Source: Pelomyxa schiedti (lineage: Eukaryota; Protista; Evosea). From it: a DNA stretch of 35,857 nucleotides. The position numbers and the translations under genes are program-made. The stretch is from the NCBI GenBank assembly GCA_020536535.1, contig JAHLWZ010000066.1, positions 1 through 35,857 of the forward strand, written 5' to 3'. The notes below the pieces were generated by a model. The model was given only the letters and a program-made list of their open reading frames with translations, searched no databases and was not told the origin of the DNA. Position 1 is the first letter of the stretch; each line of letters opens with the position of its first letter. Below, piece by piece: positions 32,829-35,857 of this stretch.

Positions 32829-34135
32829 CCCACCCCCCGACTGGAATGACGAGTTTACTGTTGTTAGCGATTCTTCCAGACATACTATCAGTGGAATCCT
32901 GATGCAGAAAGATAGTTCAGGAGAGTATGTACCTATTTCTTTCGTTAGCCGGAAGATGAAAGGAGCAGAGTGGAAGTACCATATCACAGAGCAGGAATGC
33001 CTCACTGCTCTCTTCGCGATTTCCAAATTCGAAGGGGTGACACTTTGTTCTGTTCACAGATGCCACCTCGGTCTTAGCCCTGCAGACAACGGCTGGAAAG
33101 TCAAGACTGGGCAGGTGGGCATTAGCTCTGCAAGAATTCGACTTCGAAGCACACCACCGTCCAGGGAAGATGAACTGGGCAGATGGCTTCACTCGAGCCC
33201 CAATGAATTCAAGTTCAGAAACAGATGATGACCTACTAGAACCGTCATCACATCATGACTTAACAGACATGGACACTAACCTATTCATGGCTCCCATTCA
33301 TGCTACTCCAGTAGATCCTCTCTTCATGAAACAAATGTGCCAAGGAAACGAGAAGGCATTGCTAGAGATAGAACCTGAGAATAGATGGAAGTATATTGCA
33401 GCTAGAGACCTATTTGTTGTCAAGGAAGATAAGTTGTACCGCTTGAACAGACCTGTCAAACATCCACACCAGAGTAGAATGCTCAAGCTCTGTGTGGAAA
33501 TAGAAGAGTACAGGAGAACCCTCATTACTGCATATCACAATTCTCTGAATGGAGGCGGTCACAGGGGTGAGACCAAGATGATTCATGCCTTATCCCAAAA
33601 GTACTGGTGGCCGAATCTATGGAAGGATGTGGAGAACTGGTGCAAGGAGTGTGTAGTATGCCAGCAATTCTGAGGCTACAAGCCATCCTTCGATCCTAAG
33701 AGTCTCATAGCACATTACCCAGGAGAGTATGTAACTATGGACTTCTTCTTTCCGCCAGTACCTTCAGATAGAGGACATACATGTGTGCTGCTAATGGTCG
33801 ATCTACATTCAAGGTTGGTTAGGTTGAAAGCATTGAAGAATCGAGAAGTACCGACTGTACTACGAGCAATAGAGAAAACGTGGATTCGTACACAAGGATG
33901 TCCAATGAACCTTCTTAGCGATCGAGACAAGTCGTTCATCAGTGAACTGAATGCTGAATTCTACCGTGCTTGGGGTATACGAAAGGTAACTGTCACAGCA
34001 TATGAACCGCAAAGCAATGGTGCTGCTGAAATTACTGTCCGTGTAGTGAAACGGATCATGAGTAAGTACTTTGCCAAGAAGCCTAGCAATTGGGAGAGAA
34101 CGTTCTACATTGGGTTGAGTTCGACCTCAATTTGA
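32829..34135 (+). mobile_element. Ty3/Gypsy LTR retrotransposon pol remnant (RNase H and integrase)
   Basis: RNase H PDWNDEFTVVSDSS...PISFVSRKMKGAEWKY...ECL, RLGRWALALQEFDF...PGKMNWADGFTR; HHCC domain YHNS..GHRG..KYWWPNLWKDVENWCKECVVCQ; rve core TMDF...LLSDRD...YEPQSNGAAE. RH-before-IN order is Ty3/Gypsy. Frameshift near 33040 and in-frame TGA at 33671; RT and gag missing. Confidence 0.93.
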
Positions 34136-34795
34136 CTGTAATTTTGTGCTTTTTGGGTGTTATTTCCTGGGTTCTGTAAACCTGATTCATTGGCAAAAGC
34201 CTGACTAGGTTGGGAAAAAAACTTACTTGGTGGCAACATAATAATAGACAAGAGGATAAGAACAAGAGGTTTCACCTGGGCCTTAAAACAAGTGTTTCCA
34301 GCAATACAACAACAGAAGGATTTTTGGAAAAGAACCAACCTTGTGATGCAGCTGGAATCCAGAACTTCACAAGTATGTATGATTCTCATGGCTCTTTACT
34401 CTATAAAAGTCAGCTATACTTCCATCAAAAAGTACAACCACATCATGCTTGGCAAAGGAACGCAGATCATGTGATTGCACTTGGTGGATATTTTGAAGAA
34501 ATGCTGAGGCATGGGGAGTCAATGGTGGTACAGTCACCCTTTCATTTGCTGGAATAAAGCCAGTTGTGCTCCAGAAGTTCTCTACACCCCACTAAATGGT
34601 AGTAAGGAAAAGTAACTCATTACACAGAACAATGACTCCACTCCATGTGTTGTGGTTATTAACTTAGGTTAATTGTAATAATGAAGAGGCAGAACAGTAT
34701 AAAGCAGAAATACACACTTCCAAATGCAGGGAACACAGTTGAAGGTGTAGAGAGTAATGAGTTCCACCAAGTGCAAGCAGCAGGAGGAAGTGCTT

Positions 34796-35700
34796 TCAAA
34801 ATGGATGCAATTTCAAAATTCCAGTGGACTTGAAAACCGAAAAATCAGCAGGCACAGTGTTGGGCACCCCTGTTGGAAACAAATCAGCTCTGTATTCTGA
34901 CCATTGTTCTCGTGAGTTAAATCTTCTTGACTGCACCACTACAGATTCATGGGTGGAACCTGAGGGAACTCCAATGGAGATCAAAAATCCAAAGCAGTCC
35001 TCAAGGCATTGCCATTGAGACCCCTGTAAGAAGGGAGAGAAGTAACCATGCCAGTCCCAGACAACATCCAGCACAAACAGAGTGATTGGCCTGTGCTGAT
35101 AAGCATACTCGCAAAGTTGCAGAAATGCAGGCACTGTAAGGGCATCTTGTGTGTGGAGTGGAACATGCAGAGAGCTGGTTCTTGGCAGTGCCAGTAAGTA
35201 TATCACGTGGAACAGGAAGGAACATTCGTGTGAGATTTTGGTGAAGGATGGAAAGGATAATATTGGCAGTGTTTCTCCAAATATCTGGGTATACATAGAT
35301 GGCTCTGTCTTTGTTGGCCAAATCCTGGATATGCAAAGAATATTTGGGGAACCCTTGTGAGACTGTAGTTCCTCTACGAAAGTGAGGAAGCATAAGATGC
35401 TGCTTGTCTGGGTGGTAATTCGCTCATGAATAATGAAAGGAAACTGCTTCTGTAGAACTCTATAGAAAGTCCAAAGGCTGGGAATCTGATGGCATCTTAG
35501 AGAAAATAGGAGCAATCAAATTGTACTCTCTCTGCTGGCATTTTCTCATCAAGGAGGTCATCTGCAAGTCTTGAAAATAGATCAATAAGTGTCTCAGATG
35601 CCAGCAGTATAACCCTCTGATTACCATCACGATCAATACCTTTCTTCCCAACCATGGGCTCACACAAATGGGACTCAATGACATGGGAGGTAATCCACTC
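34796..35700 (-). mobile_element. Sola-like (DUF7869-type) DDE transposase remnant
   Basis: Collinear motif blocks across frames: EWITSHVIESHLCEPM...; IPSLWTFYRVLQKQFPFI; DKQHLMLPHF; NTANIILSILHQNL...PVPRDIL; QDALTVPAF...LDVVWDWHGYFSPFL. Catalytic segments appear deleted. Confidence 0.55.
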
Positions 35701-35857
35701 AACAACAGTCTTCTGCTTGTCAGATTCACAGGAGTAACTGTAGCAGCGATAGTCAGTGGCATCTCTATTGGTGTGTCAGTTTATAGGGTAGTGATTATAA
35801 TGTAGTAAAAGACCTAGCCCCAGTGATAAATAAATGTAAGTTACTAAGGCGCTCATG

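Noticed and set aside
33671-33673. In-frame TGA inside the integrase as stop readthrough or a variant genetic code
   Set aside because: Intact genes end in TGA, TAG and TAA and have no internal stops; the element is also frameshifted, so CGA-to-TGA decay is simpler.
1-35857. tRNA, rRNA or snRNA genes
   Set aside because: No cloverleaf, box A/B pair or rRNA signature recognised by eye; tRNAscan-SE and Infernal would be needed to exclude them.

Overview
Eukaryotic (protist) scaffold with short GT-AG introns, standard genetic code and three 100-N gaps. The gene style (45-60 nt introns, poly-S/Q/G N-termini, Roco proteins) suggests an amoebozoan such as a Pelomyxa-like archamoeba, but that is inference only. 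A compact block of intact host genes (11.9-23.1 kb) holds a patatin-like phospholipase, the splicing factor ISY1, a VIT-vWA-PP2C (PPM1E/F-like) fusion and, convergent with it, a small protein with a myristoylation motif, an MLKL/HeLo-like helical N-terminus and a TPR-like motif. Upstream lies an apparently intact 7-exon, 1387-aa Roco (ROC-COR-kinase) gene whose GTPase and kinase motifs are both degenerate, bracketed by copies of a dispersed repeat, plus a frameshifted P-loop GTPase gene. The flanks are transposon graveyards: CRE-type RLE retrotransposon, LINE RT, hAT, Ty3/Gypsy RNaseH-integrase and Sola-like fragments, shuffled inverted repeats with CpG-to-TpG/CpA decay, and a tandem array of related hairpins. 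All gene models were spliced by eye and domain calls come from remembered motifs, not searches.
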